Part shown: one piece after another, positions 15,278-24,839 of the stretch
Position numbering within the stretch: position 1 is the first letter of the stretch
Layout of the letters: the number at the start of each line of letters is the position of its first letter
NCBI GenBank assembly: GCA_007125385.1
Contig: SLDI01000008.1
Location: 1 to 44,387 of the forward strand
Source: Phycisphaeraceae bacterium
GTDB lineage: Bacteria; Planctomycetota; Phycisphaerae; Phycisphaerales; Phycisphaeraceae
Direction of reading: 5' to 3'
Length of the DNA: 44,387 bases
Program-made: the position numbers and the translations under genes
The notes under the pieces: model-generated
What the model saw: only the letters and a program-made list of their open reading frames with translations
Told to the model about the DNA's origin: nothing
The model's database searches: none

Positions 15278-16264
15278 ATGAAGCGACTCAAGCCGATAGC
15301 GATGCACGTCGCAGGGCTGGGCTTGCTGGCGCTGGGGGCCCTGGCGCTGCACCCGCATCTGCTGCTCGCCGACACGGAGGCCGAGTGGCGCATTCCGCCG
15401 CGGTGGGCGCGGATGGACAATCCGGTTCCGCTGGATGCCCGCTCGGTGCACGCGGCGGCGGGCCTGTGGCAGCGTGAATGTGTGAGCTGTCATGGCACGA
15501 CGGGTCGCGGCGACGGTCCGGAGGCCGCACGCCGCCGGTGGAGCGCCGGAGACCTGACCGATCCGGCACACTGGCAGGAGAGTGATGGGGTCATGTACTG
15601 GAAGGTCACGCAGGGTCGGCGGCCGATGCCCGGCTACCGACGTGAGCTGACCGACGAGCAGCGCTGGCACCTGGTCAACTACATGCGTACGCTCGCGCCG
15701 CGGCCGCCGGATCACGACATGGCGGGGACGGTGCGCTCCGGCATCTCGGCGGTGCTCGAAGCGTCGTTTGAGCTTGCGGCGGTGCTCGCGGCGCCGGAGA
15801 CGGATGGGCTGGCCACTGCGGTCGGGAACGTCGGCGATGCCATCGCGCAGTTGCGGGGCCTGGAGCTCGATGACCTGGACGAGGAGCTGGAGCAGACGTG
15901 GAACCAGCGGCGCGAAGCGCTGGAGCGCGCTGCCGCGGCCCTGGACGTCACGGCCGAGCCACAGAGCGTACGCCGTGCGTTCGCGGCCTACTCCGATGCT
16001 TTGGTCGACGTCGTCGCGGCGTTCGGTCACGACCTGATGGCTTCGGAAGATCGTCCACTGCCGGTGATCGAGTACGGATGCGTCGAGGCGCTTGAGGATG
16101 AGCCGGCCTCCTGGCTCCAGCCAGCGGGCGCTGACCTGACGAATCCGTATGTCGAGCAGGAAGGCGACTGTGAGCGGGTTCATCGGCTTCGCATCATGTT
16201 GGGAGCGCCCATCGACAGACGGGCCGGGAGGCGCATTGACGGTGCGGGCAACGGGAATGGTTGA
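15278..16264 (+). CDS. Periplasmic mono-heme c-type cytochrome fused to a helical DUF3347-like domain
   Basis: I chose the internal ATG at 15278 (MKRLKPIAMHVAGLGLLALGALALHP is a signal peptide). Heme motif CVSCH, with the distal 'RRPMPGY' Met. The C-terminal helical region with 'VRRAFAAYSDALVDVVAAFG' resembles DUF3347. Confidence 0.7.
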   Translation: MKRLKPIAMHVAGLGLLALGALALHPHLLLADTEAEWRIPPRWARMDNPVPLDARSVHAAAGLWQRECVSCHGTTGRGDGPEAARRRWSAGDLTDPAHWQESDGVMYWKVTQGRRPMPGYRRELTDEQRWHLVNYMRTLAPRPPDHDMAGTVRSGISAVLEASFELAAVLAAPETDGLATAVGNVGDAIAQLRGLELDDLDEELEQTWNQRREALERAAAALDVTAEPQSVRRAFAAYSDALVDVVAAFGHDLMASEDRPLPVIEYGCVEALEDEPASWLQPAGADLTNPYVEQEGDCERVHRLRIMLGAPIDRRAGRRIDGAGNGNG

Positions 16265-16267
16265 TTT

Positions 16268-17545
16268 ATGTTCGACAGGACATCCCTCCGCCTGTTCGCG
16301 TGCCTGATGCTGGTGTGGCCTGCGTTGTTGGCGCAGGCCGACGAATCGGAACCCGTTTCGCGCCAGGAGTACGAGTCGCTCCGGGCGCAGGTCCAGGATC
16401 TGCGCGAAGCGCTTGAATCGAGGCAAGACGCGCTGCCGCGCGACGAAGCCGAGGCGACGTTCGACTATTTTGAGGAACAGCTTTTCGATCTCGACGCGGA
16501 ACTCGGCGCCGTTCGGCCGGGGACGTCAAAGTTCCTGCTCGCCGGGCACACGGCGGCTGGTTTCACGTATCGCCAGCGGGAGGAATCGACCTTTTCCGCG
16601 AATCTTGCGGTGGTGCTGCTGTGGCAGGTTGACGATTCCATTCTCGTCGAGGCCAAGCCCGTGTTCACGCTCGAGGAGCCGGGGCAGACGGACGTGGACC
16701 TGCACTACGCCAACGCGTCGTGGCTGTTGAACGATCACGTGACGGTTGGGGCGGGGCAGTTCCTGACGCCCTTCGCGTTCGTCAACGACCGTCTCCAGCC
16801 GCCGTGGATCAGCAAGCTGCCGGGTCCCCCGCTGGCATTCGAGCCGGAGGTGGGCCTGGCGCCGGAGTCGAGCGTCGGCGCGTTCGTGCGCGGCGGCGTG
16901 GCGCTGGGCGCGACGCGGCTGAACTACGTTGTCTACGTTTCCAACGGACCCCGGCTGGTGACCACCGGCGAGCACGCGGGGCAGCTTCGCTTCGACAACT
17001 GGCGCAACGTCAACCGCTCGCCCGCCGTCGGCGCACGCGTCGGCTGGTTGCCCCTGCCCGCGATGGAAGTCGGGTACTCGATCAAGACGGGACGGGTGGA
17101 CCCGCGGGAGTTCGGCCAACGGGTCCGCGCCACACTGCACGGCCTCGATCTGATCTACGCACAGGACATCCCGGCCCTGGCCGGCACGATCGACCTGCGC
17201 ACGAAGTGGATCTTCGCCGACATCGGCGACGCGACGTACTTCGAGCCCGATGGCACGCCGCGACCCGAGTTCAACAACCAGCGCTGGGGCGGCTATGTTC
17301 AGGCGGCGTACCGCCCGGCGATGGTCGATCACGGGTTTCTGCGCGACCTCGAGTTCGTGTACCGATACGACATCATCGACCTGCCACGGAACGCTCCGGG
17401 CATCGGCGACACAGACCGGCACACGTGGGGGGTCAACTACTGGATCGGCGAGACGGCGTTGTTCAAGACGGCGTTCCACTACGCGGAGCCGTCGGGTCTG
17501 CCCAGTCAGCGCGCGTTCTTCGCCCAGTTCGCTGTGGGTTTTTGA
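16268..17545 (+). CDS. Outer-membrane porin, phosphate-selective porin O/P (OprO/OprP)-like
   Basis: Signal peptide. N-terminal coiled coil (QEYESLRAQVQDLREALESRQD). Alternating beta-strand pattern. C-terminal '...AFFAQFAVGF' ends in Phe. Starts 3 nt after the upstream stop. Confidence 0.75.
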   Translation: MFDRTSLRLFACLMLVWPALLAQADESEPVSRQEYESLRAQVQDLREALESRQDALPRDEAEATFDYFEEQLFDLDAELGAVRPGTSKFLLAGHTAAGFTYRQREESTFSANLAVVLLWQVDDSILVEAKPVFTLEEPGQTDVDLHYANASWLLNDHVTVGAGQFLTPFAFVNDRLQPPWISKLPGPPLAFEPEVGLAPESSVGAFVRGGVALGATRLNYVVYVSNGPRLVTTGEHAGQLRFDNWRNVNRSPAVGARVGWLPLPAMEVGYSIKTGRVDPREFGQRVRATLHGLDLIYAQDIPALAGTIDLRTKWIFADIGDATYFEPDGTPRPEFNNQRWGGYVQAAYRPAMVDHGFLRDLEFVYRYDIIDLPRNAPGIGDTDRHTWGVNYWIGETALFKTAFHYAEPSGLPSQRAFFAQFAVGF

Positions 17546-17557
17546 AGGTCCAAGACG

Positions 17558-17872
17558 ATGTGGAAACACGTGCACGTGGCTGCGCTCGTTCTGATTCTGG
17601 CCCTGCCGACAATCTGGCTGGTCATGGGCTGCGCCGGGCCCGACGCCGCCGACGAGGTCATGACCGGTGACGCCGAGCCGCGTACGCTTGGCTTTGGCGT
17701 CAGCGGTGCCGAGCTGTGGGCGCAGAACTGCGCGCGGTGTCACAGCGACATCTCGCCGGCGCGCTACAGCGACGCCCAGTGGGACGTGGTCATGCATCAC
17801 AAAAGGCTGCGCATCAACCTCACCGGCGAGGATCACCGTAAGATTCGCGAGTTTCTCCAGGCCGCGAATTGA
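17558..17872 (+). CDS. Small lipoprotein c-type cytochrome
   Basis: Lipobox LVMGC and heme motif CARCH. 104 aa. Confidence 0.7.
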   Translation: MWKHVHVAALVLILALPTIWLVMGCAGPDAADEVMTGDAEPRTLGFGVSGAELWAQNCARCHSDISPARYSDAQWDVVMHHKRLRINLTGEDHRKIREFLQAAN

Positions 17873-17899
17873 ACCCCCACCGGTGCCGGAGAAGCCCAC

Positions 17900-18493
17900 A
17901 TGGATGACCGGGCCTGTCGATTTGTGACCTTGGCGCTGCTGGCCCAGAGCTTGACGCTGCTGGCGATCGTGGCCGCCCAGGCATCGGCGCACGAGGACCC
18001 GGCCGCTTACCACCACAACTTCGATGAGCCGGAGTTGGTGGATGGCGACCCGATGCCCGTGGTGCTGCGCTGGCTGGGTTACTTTCATCCCGCCACCGTG
18101 CATTTCCCCGTGGGCCTGATCGTTGCCGCCGCCGCGGCCGAGCTGCTGGCGATGGCAAGACGAAAGGCGTGGTTCGGCGACGCGGCGCGGTTCTGCACCT
18201 GGGGTGCGGCCATCGGAGCGCTGATCGCCACGCCGCTGGGCTGGTTCAACGCCGGTTGGGACCTGGCCTACGACGACCGCTTATTGGCCCTGCATCGCTG
18301 GCTGGGCACCGGCGCGATGCTCTGGATGATCGCCCTGGTCGTGCTTGTCGAGCTCGCCAGCCGCCGAGGGACCGGCACGTGGCGATGGGCCTATCGCGCC
18401 GCCCTGCTCGTCGGCGTCACCGTGGTCCTTTTGGTTGGGCACTACGGCGGCTCACTGGTGTACGGGCCCGACTACTACCATTGGCCGCCCTGA
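17900..18493 (+). CDS. DUF2231-family membrane protein
   Basis: GGAGAAG 5 nt upstream. 'YFHPATVHFPVGLIVAAAAAELL' matches the DUF2231 'HP..VHFP' signature. Four TM segments. N-terminal 'AHEDPAAYHHNF' His-rich exposed segment. Confidence 0.7.
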   Translation: MDDRACRFVTLALLAQSLTLLAIVAAQASAHEDPAAYHHNFDEPELVDGDPMPVVLRWLGYFHPATVHFPVGLIVAAAAAELLAMARRKAWFGDAARFCTWGAAIGALIATPLGWFNAGWDLAYDDRLLALHRWLGTGAMLWMIALVVLVELASRRGTGTWRWAYRAALLVGVTVVLLVGHYGGSLVYGPDYYHWPP

Positions 18494-19102
18494 CGCGACT
18501 GGCCGTATGTTCCAACGGCTCAATCAGCAAGGCCCCATTTGAATGCCGCCAATATCAGTCCGGGCGGTTCGCAAACGGCCCGGTGAGTCACACCACTCAC
18601 CAGCCGGGACCGACGTGGCGAATGGTCGAGCCGTCCAGTTTCGAGGTTGGGCCGCCGCTCACGCCGCTGTGGCCGGTGGGCCTCGCCCATGGCCCGCACG
18701 CATTTCGACAAAGTGTCTTTACCCGGGCTTCGGTGCGCCTTACACTCGAACGAAATGGGGCCGTTGCTTTTCGCGGGGCGGCGTTCGACAGCATTCACAA
18801 TCGGGAAGGCGGCACCATGCCCCTTTGTTCCGGTACGATCCACCACTGTTTTGCCCAAGCGGGTTTGATGCGCCGCAACGGTGCGGATCCCTCAGCCCTC
18901 GGCCACTTCGGCGCCAGCGCGCCGCTGGACTGGCAATCTGATCCGCCGGTCGGCCCTGCCTGAGCGACCGGCCTGTCAGGCCAAGCGCCAACCGCAACCT
19001 GTCTTCATGCTCGTGCACCCGTCCCACCCGGGCGGTCGCGTTATTCGTGGCACTCGTTCGGTGCCGATGGCTTCAGGTGACCTGACAAGAAGAGCGCTGA
19101 CC

Positions 19103-22100
19103 ATGTTTACGCTTCCTGTCAGACGGTGCGCCGTGGGCGCACGTGCTCTGATCGCGATGCTGGTGCTTGCACCGCTGACCAGCGGCTTCGTGCAGGCCGA
19201 CCATGGGGACGTTCACGCGTGGGGGGAGGCGGGCGGCGGCAGCTTTTTTGTCGATGGGAACTGGAGCCCCGCCGGCGTGCCCGCTTCCGGGGACGTGGCG
19301 GAGTTCTCGCTGGCCAACGATCTCTACACCGTCACGTTTCCGCTGACGGGATTCCCGCCAGTGCCCGACCCGGAGACCCAGAGCGTGCGCGTGCCGCACG
19401 ACGCGGTGCGTTTCAATCTGGTTGGGCGGACCTACAACCTGCTTTCGCTGAACGAGCCCGGCGATGAGCCTTCACTGGTGCTGGGGCAAGGCTCGCATAC
19501 AAGCGGCGGGCTGGTCGTTGGCAACACCGGCCGCCTGGAGATCGCCGGGCAGGGGACGCTGGCGGGGGTCCACGCCGTGCTGGGCGTGGATCGGGGCGAT
19601 GATTACGCCAGCCGCGGTGAGCTGATCGTCGCCGACGGAACCACGGCCGACTTCTCGGGCGACATGCACATCGGAAAGGCCGGCGAAGGCGTACTCGAGA
19701 TCGAGCCCGGCGGGACCGTCGTCACCGGCGGCCGGGCCTACGTCGGCGACGAGGCAACAGGCTCGGGCCAGGTGACGGTCACCGGGAGCAACGCCTCCTG
19801 GCTTCTGGATGGCCTGAGCGTGGGCCAGGACGGTGAAGGTCAGTTGCTGATCGAGGCCGGCGGCCACGTCCGCAGCAACATCAACAGTTGGATCGGCAAC
19901 CGGGCCGGGGCCAGCGGCGAGGTGACGGTCCGCGACAGCGACTCGCTGTGGGAACCGGGCAACCGCCTCACCGTCGGGGGCACCAACGCTGAGGCAGCGC
20001 TGACCATCGAGGACAACGCCGCGGTCGACGTCGACGGTATCCTCAATATCCGCTCCAACGGCACGGTCCATCACAATGGCGGCCGCCTCGTCGTCTCCGA
20101 CAGCGGTTCCACTGACACGCAGGCGGACCGGTTTCTCGTGGGCATCGAGGACGGAACGGGCGAGGTGACGATCCGCGGACGCCTGCTGCGCGGCGCTGCG
20201 CCCGCCTCGATCGCCCGCGACGGCGAGTCCGTCGGCAGCGTCACCGTCACCGATCAGGCCGGCCAGTTCACCAACCCGGGCACGCTGCTCGTCGGCGAGG
20301 GCGGCCACGGCGAGCTGCGGGTCCAGTCCGGCGCCCAGGCCAACAGTGGCTCCGCGACGATCAGCCAACAGGCCGGCGCGACCGGCGAGGCCTCCGTCGT
20401 CGGCACCGGCGTCGACGACGAACGATCGACGTGGATTACCGGCCCGATCAACATCGGCGCCTCCGGCACCGGACTGCTGACGGTCGCCCTCCGAGGCCGG
20501 GTTTTCAGCGACGCCGTGATCCTCGGCCACGAGCCCGACGCCGCAGGCGGCGCCGCCGTCCGGGGGATCCTTGGCGACCCTTCCAACTGGGCGACCACGA
20601 GCATGGTGCTCGGCCGCGAGGGCCACGGTGAAATGCTGATCGAGAACGCGGGGCAGGTCGACAGCCTGAGCGTGAACATGGCCGAGCGAAGCGGCAGCAG
20701 CGCCATCGTCATCGCCCGCGACGAGGACAGCAGGTGGCGTGTCGATGGCGGGCTCAACGTCGGCGGTGACGGCGACGCCGCCGGCGGCGAGGCGGTGCTG
20801 GACATCATTGACAGCGCGACCGTCAACGTGAAAGGCACGGTGCGAGTCTGGGACGAGGGCGAGCTGGATATCGCCCTGGGCGGTGGTGTGAGCGCCACGG
20901 CCGGCCGACTGCGGGCCGAGGAGCTGACGATCGACGGCGGCAGCGTCACCCTCACGCCGCACTTCACCGGCCTGCTGGCGATCTCGGATGCGGACGCGGC
21001 CGCCGAGACGGGGATCGGCGTCGGTGACGGCTCGGGCAGGCTCACCGTCCGCGGCGGCGGCACGCTCGAAACCTTCGCCGACGTCCCGCTCGGACGCGAC
21101 GCCGACAGCTTCGGCGGCGGGACGGTCACCGGCTCCAACGCCAGATGGGATGCCGCGACGCTCGACGTCGGCGACGCCGGCCGCGGCAGACTGGACATCA
21201 CCGATGGCGGCGAGGTCGACAGCGACACCAGTTCACTCGGGCGCGGAGTCGAGGCCTCGGGGCTTGCCAATGTCGCCGACCCGGGCTCGCTCTGGACCAC
21301 CAGCATCATGAGCGTCGGCCGTTTCGGCGACGGCGCGCTCAACATCACCGACGGCGGCGAGGTCGACAGTGCACGCGCGTACATCGGCCAGTTCGCCGGC
21401 GCCACCGGCACGGTCGCCGTGTGGGGCGATGACGCGACGTGGACGATCGCCAGCTCGCTGAACGTCGGCGGCGGCACGGACATCGCCGGCGGCGAAGGCG
21501 GGCTCGCCATCGAGCAAGGCGCGGCCGTCGAAGCCGACGGGCCGCTGCGGATCTGGGACGACGGGACCGTTGACCATGACGGCGGGCGGCTGGTGGTCTC
21601 CGACAGCGGCGCGACCAGCGAGGACGGGCTGTTCGTCGGCCTGGGTGACGGCACGGGCGAGCTGATCATCCGCGGCGGCGGCCGACTGCTGCGCGACGAC
21701 GACAGCGGCACACACATCGGGGCCGAGCCCGACGCCACCGGCCACGTTACCGTCACAGGCACCGGCTCGCGCCTGGACAACGGAACCTGGATCAGCGTTG
21801 GCACCCGCGGCACCGGCACGCTGACCGTCGAGGATGGGGCCGACGTCGTCTCCACCACCGGAACGCTCGGCTGGCTGGAAAACGCCGCGGGCAGCGTCAT
21901 CGTCTCCGACTCCGGCTCGACCTGGACCAGCACGATGATGCGCGTCGGACGTCGTGGCGACGCCGACTTCGAGGTGCAAAGCGACGCGCGCGTTGAAACG
22001 ACGAGCGTCCATGTCGGGCAGCTCAGCACAGCCACCGGCACCGTTCGCCTGACGGATGACGGCTCGAGCTGGCATGCCCAGGGCTCGTTCAACGTCGCCG

Positions 22101-24016
22101 GCGATGATCAAGCGGCCGGGGGCACCGCCACGCTGGACGTCGAGCAGGATGCCGCTCTCCAGGCCGACGACGCCCTGCGCATCTGGGACGATGGCACCTT
22201 TAATCTCCGTGGCGGCGCAAGCGTCGACGTCGGCGGCCTTGCCAACCGCGGCGCGATGAACTTTGACGGCGGGACGCTGACCGTCCGCGCTGGCACCTTC
22301 CAGCCGGCTCCGGCCCCGGACGATCTGTCCCTGGAAGCGGCGGGGGCGGATGCGGATGACCTGCCCACGCTCCGTCTCGTGCAAGGGGCCGACAGCGCCA
22401 ACATCGAGCACATCCAGGTGGGCGCGGGCGCCGCCGCGGCGGTCGAGGTGCGTTCGGGCTCGACGCTGAGCAGCAACGAGGCCACGATCGCCCGCGATCC
22501 GGGCGTCGAGGCCTCGGTTGAGGTTGCCGACAGCAACAGCGCCTGGGCCGCCGGGGCGTTGTCCGTCGGCTACGCCGGCGACGGCACGCTCACCGTCCGC
22601 GATGAAGCCGAGCTCGTCAGCGACGATGCCTGGATCGCTCGCCGGCCGTCCGCCCAGGGTTCGGCCACGGTTCGCGCGGGCCAGTGGCAGAGTGCCGAGC
22701 TCAACGTCGCCGCCGATGACGGGGCCGTCGGCGAACTGACGATCGAGCAGGGCGGGGAGGTGATCAGTACCCACGGCCGCATCGCCGATGGCCCCGTCCG
22801 GCGTGGCGCCTCGGCCGAGGCGTCCACAGGCCAGGTCACCGTCCGCGACGACGAGTCGCAGTGGATGGTCAACGGCCCGCTCGAGGTCGCCCCGGTCGGC
22901 ACGGGCCACATGCAGGTGGAGGCGGGGGCCTCCGTGCTCAGCGGTGCGGCGGTCGTCGGGCTCTTCGAGGACTCGGAGGGGACGGTCGAGCTCGACGCCG
23001 GCACCTGGGCCACCCATGGCCGGCTCGGCGTCGGCGAAGGGGGCCAGGGCAGCGTCAGTGTTCGCGCCGGGGCCGTCGTTGAGGCTCTCGACGCGTTCAT
23101 CGGGGCCCAGCACACCGGCGCCGGCGAGGTCGCGGTGGTCGGCGGCCGCGAGATCGGCCCGGACACACCCCCCGTGTTCGTGCCGTCGCGACTGGACGTG
23201 CTCGAATCGCTCGTCATCGCCGGCGACGCCGCGGGTCCGGCCGGCGATGGAGTGCTGCGCGTCGAGGACGGGGCCGTCGTGGACGTCGGCGATGACATCC
23301 GCGTCTGGGAAGGCGGCACGCTCGCCCTCGACGGTGGCACCGTCACCGCGAATGAGGTGGAGCTGATCGGCGGGACGCTCACCGGGGCCAGCGCCGTCGA
23401 GGCGGATGAGCTGGCCAACGCTGGCCGGGTCGCCCCCGGTACGCCGACCGGCACGCTCGATGTCCAGGGCAACTACAGCCAGAGCGCTGACGGCCGCCTC
23501 CAGCTCGCACTGACGCAGGACGCGCACAGCCGCATCGCCATCAGCGGGGCCGCGGAGCTTGATGGCACGGTGGAGGTCACGCCCGTCGACGGCGAGCCGC
23601 TTGCCTACTGGCAACAGCACGAGATTCTCACGGCCGAGCAGATCAGCGGCAGCTTCCAGGCAGCGACCCTTCGCGGTTCGGCCGAAGCATTCGTCACCCT
23701 GCGGCACACGCCGGAAAGCGTGTTGCTGCAGCTTGGCCTGCTCGGCGACATGAACCTCGACGGCGTGGTCGACACCGGTGACGTCGCGCCGTTCGTGCTG
23801 GCGCTGACCGATTCGGCGGCCTACGAGGCGGAGTATCGCATCGACCCCGTGCTCGTCGGCGACATCAACCAGGATGGCGCCTTCGACACGGGCGACGTCG
23901 CCCCGTTCGTGCAGTTGCTCGTGGGCAGCGATTCAGCGTCCGTGCCCGAGCCGGGCAGCCTCGTTCTGCTGGGCATTGGTGGCCTGCTGCTGCTGCGGCG
24001 GCGGCGCGGTGGATGA
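19103..24016 (+). CDS. Giant (~1637 aa) surface protein: concatenated T5SS/PEP-CTERM beta-helix repeat units, dockerin-like pair and PEP-CTERM anchor
   Basis: I prefer the ATG at 19103 (MFTLPVRRCAVGARALIAMLVLAPLTSGFVQA is a signal peptide). Alternatives are 19067 and the track start at 18881. More than 20 'G.VTV.G..S.W.....L.VG..G.G.L.I..GG.V' modules. The C-terminus is GDMNLDGVVDTGDVAPF...GDINQDGAFDTGDVAPF...VPEPGSLVLLGIGGLLLLRRRRGG. Confidence 0.85.
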   Translation: MFTLPVRRCAVGARALIAMLVLAPLTSGFVQADHGDVHAWGEAGGGSFFVDGNWSPAGVPASGDVAEFSLANDLYTVTFPLTGFPPVPDPETQSVRVPHDAVRFNLVGRTYNLLSLNEPGDEPSLVLGQGSHTSGGLVVGNTGRLEIAGQGTLAGVHAVLGVDRGDDYASRGELIVADGTTADFSGDMHIGKAGEGVLEIEPGGTVVTGGRAYVGDEATGSGQVTVTGSNASWLLDGLSVGQDGEGQLLIEAGGHVRSNINSWIGNRAGASGEVTVRDSDSLWEPGNRLTVGGTNAEAALTIEDNAAVDVDGILNIRSNGTVHHNGGRLVVSDSGSTDTQADRFLVGIEDGTGEVTIRGRLLRGAAPASIARDGESVGSVTVTDQAGQFTNPGTLLVGEGGHGELRVQSGAQANSGSATISQQAGATGEASVVGTGVDDERSTWITGPINIGASGTGLLTVALRGRVFSDAVILGHEPDAAGGAAVRGILGDPSNWATTSMVLGREGHGEMLIENAGQVDSLSVNMAERSGSSAIVIARDEDSRWRVDGGLNVGGDGDAAGGEAVLDIIDSATVNVKGTVRVWDEGELDIALGGGVSATAGRLRAEELTIDGGSVTLTPHFTGLLAISDADAAAETGIGVGDGSGRLTVRGGGTLETFADVPLGRDADSFGGGTVTGSNARWDAATLDVGDAGRGRLDITDGGEVDSDTSSLGRGVEASGLANVADPGSLWTTSIMSVGRFGDGALNITDGGEVDSARAYIGQFAGATGTVAVWGDDATWTIASSLNVGGGTDIAGGEGGLAIEQGAAVEADGPLRIWDDGTVDHDGGRLVVSDSGATSEDGLFVGLGDGTGELIIRGGGRLLRDDDSGTHIGAEPDATGHVTVTGTGSRLDNGTWISVGTRGTGTLTVEDGADVVSTTGTLGWLENAAGSVIVSDSGSTWTSTMMRVGRRGDADFEVQSDARVETTSVHVGQLSTATGTVRLTDDGSSWHAQGSFNVAGDDQAAGGTATLDVEQDAALQADDALRIWDDGTFNLRGGASVDVGGLANRGAMNFDGGTLTVRAGTFQPAPAPDDLSLEAAGADADDLPTLRLVQGADSANIEHIQVGAGAAAAVEVRSGSTLSSNEATIARDPGVEASVEVADSNSAWAAGALSVGYAGDGTLTVRDEAELVSDDAWIARRPSAQGSATVRAGQWQSAELNVAADDGAVGELTIEQGGEVISTHGRIADGPVRRGASAEASTGQVTVRDDESQWMVNGPLEVAPVGTGHMQVEAGASVLSGAAVVGLFEDSEGTVELDAGTWATHGRLGVGEGGQGSVSVRAGAVVEALDAFIGAQHTGAGEVAVVGGREIGPDTPPVFVPSRLDVLESLVIAGDAAGPAGDGVLRVEDGAVVDVGDDIRVWEGGTLALDGGTVTANEVELIGGTLTGASAVEADELANAGRVAPGTPTGTLDVQGNYSQSADGRLQLALTQDAHSRIAISGAAELDGTVEVTPVDGEPLAYWQQHEILTAEQISGSFQAATLRGSAEAFVTLRHTPESVLLQLGLLGDMNLDGVVDTGDVAPFVLALTDSAAYEAEYRIDPVLVGDINQDGAFDTGDVAPFVQLLVGSDSASVPEPGSLVLLGIGGLLLLRRRRGG
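23738..24013 (+). repeat. Dockerin-pair/PEP-CTERM cassette, copy 2
   Basis: See copy 1. Nearly identical amino-acid sequence: LLGDMNLDGVVDTGDVAPFV.ALTD.AAYEAEY.IDPVLVGDINQDGAFDTGDVAPFV.LLV.SDS...PEPGSL.LL..GGL.LLRR. Confidence 0.8.
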
Positions 24017-24129
24017 CAGATTCGCTGCCGTCGGTGCCGCCGCCCGACTCCACAACGCTCGGCTGGCGAACCCTCGTGCGCGCACCGCCTCGGCCATGCA
24101 GTAGCGGCAGGCAAGTGAGGTCGTGACCT

Positions 24130-24436
24130 TGACCCGGCCATGGACAAGCCAGACATGGCTGGAGCGGCCCTGCCTGAACGTGCTGGTGACCAGGGCGATG
24201 GCGCCGGCGTCGTTGACCGCGAGCTTGCTCATCAACAGGCCCCGCTGGCTGCCGCCGAAGCCCTGGGCGTCGTCGCCCATGCCCGGCACGACCGAGGCGG
24301 AAGTGAACGTGTTACCGCCCTCGATCGACATGGTGAAACCCAGCCCGCGTGGGCGGCCGCGGGCGTCGGGCAACTGCTCCCAGGCCAGGTAGACGCCGTT
24401 GTTGCCATCGAGCGCCAGGTGGGGGAAGACCCACCT
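24130..24436 (-). pseudogene. C-terminal fragment of a BNR/Asp-box (sialidase-like) beta-propeller protein
   Basis: The frame opens right after a TAG at about 24437-24439: RWVFPHLALDGNNGVYLAWEQLPDARG...FTMSIEGGNTFTSASVV...LAVNDAGAIALVTSTF..SHVWLVHG. 'S-I-E-G-G-N-T-F' is an Asp-box (S.D.G.TW/F) variant. No N-terminal part is present. Confidence 0.4.
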
Positions 24437-24839
24437 CTATATCTCCTCCCCTCGCCATCGCCATCGGACGTGATAGGGGGCAGCGGTAGACTGGCGTGAC
24501 GGAGTGACGCCGGCCTTGCCGCGTCGCACAGGCTCGCCCACGCGTGCCTGACCCGCACGCCACTGCGGCGACATCGGCTGATCGTAGATGCGATGGCCCT
24601 GCTGACGCCCCTGACGCACGCCCCCACGGCGTGGGCGCGTGGCCAAGTGAATCGGCGCTGCGGATGAGCCAGCCAGCAGGGACCGTTCCTCGCGACCGAC
24701 CAGATCCCCCGAGCCACGATCATCGCAAACCGGCCGACCTGCGGCACCCGTGGTACCCTGTCGTCGACGACATGGCCCACGCGCGGCGGCCTTCAGCGAC
24801 ACGCGGCCTCCCCAGACGACGAACTCTGGAGGATTCTGG

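Noticed and set aside
24437-24802. Minus-strand ORFs (121 aa and 182 aa) between the Asp-box fragment and the membrane-protein gene
   Set aside because: No consistent frame, motif or SD. They are treated as decayed or non-coding sequence.
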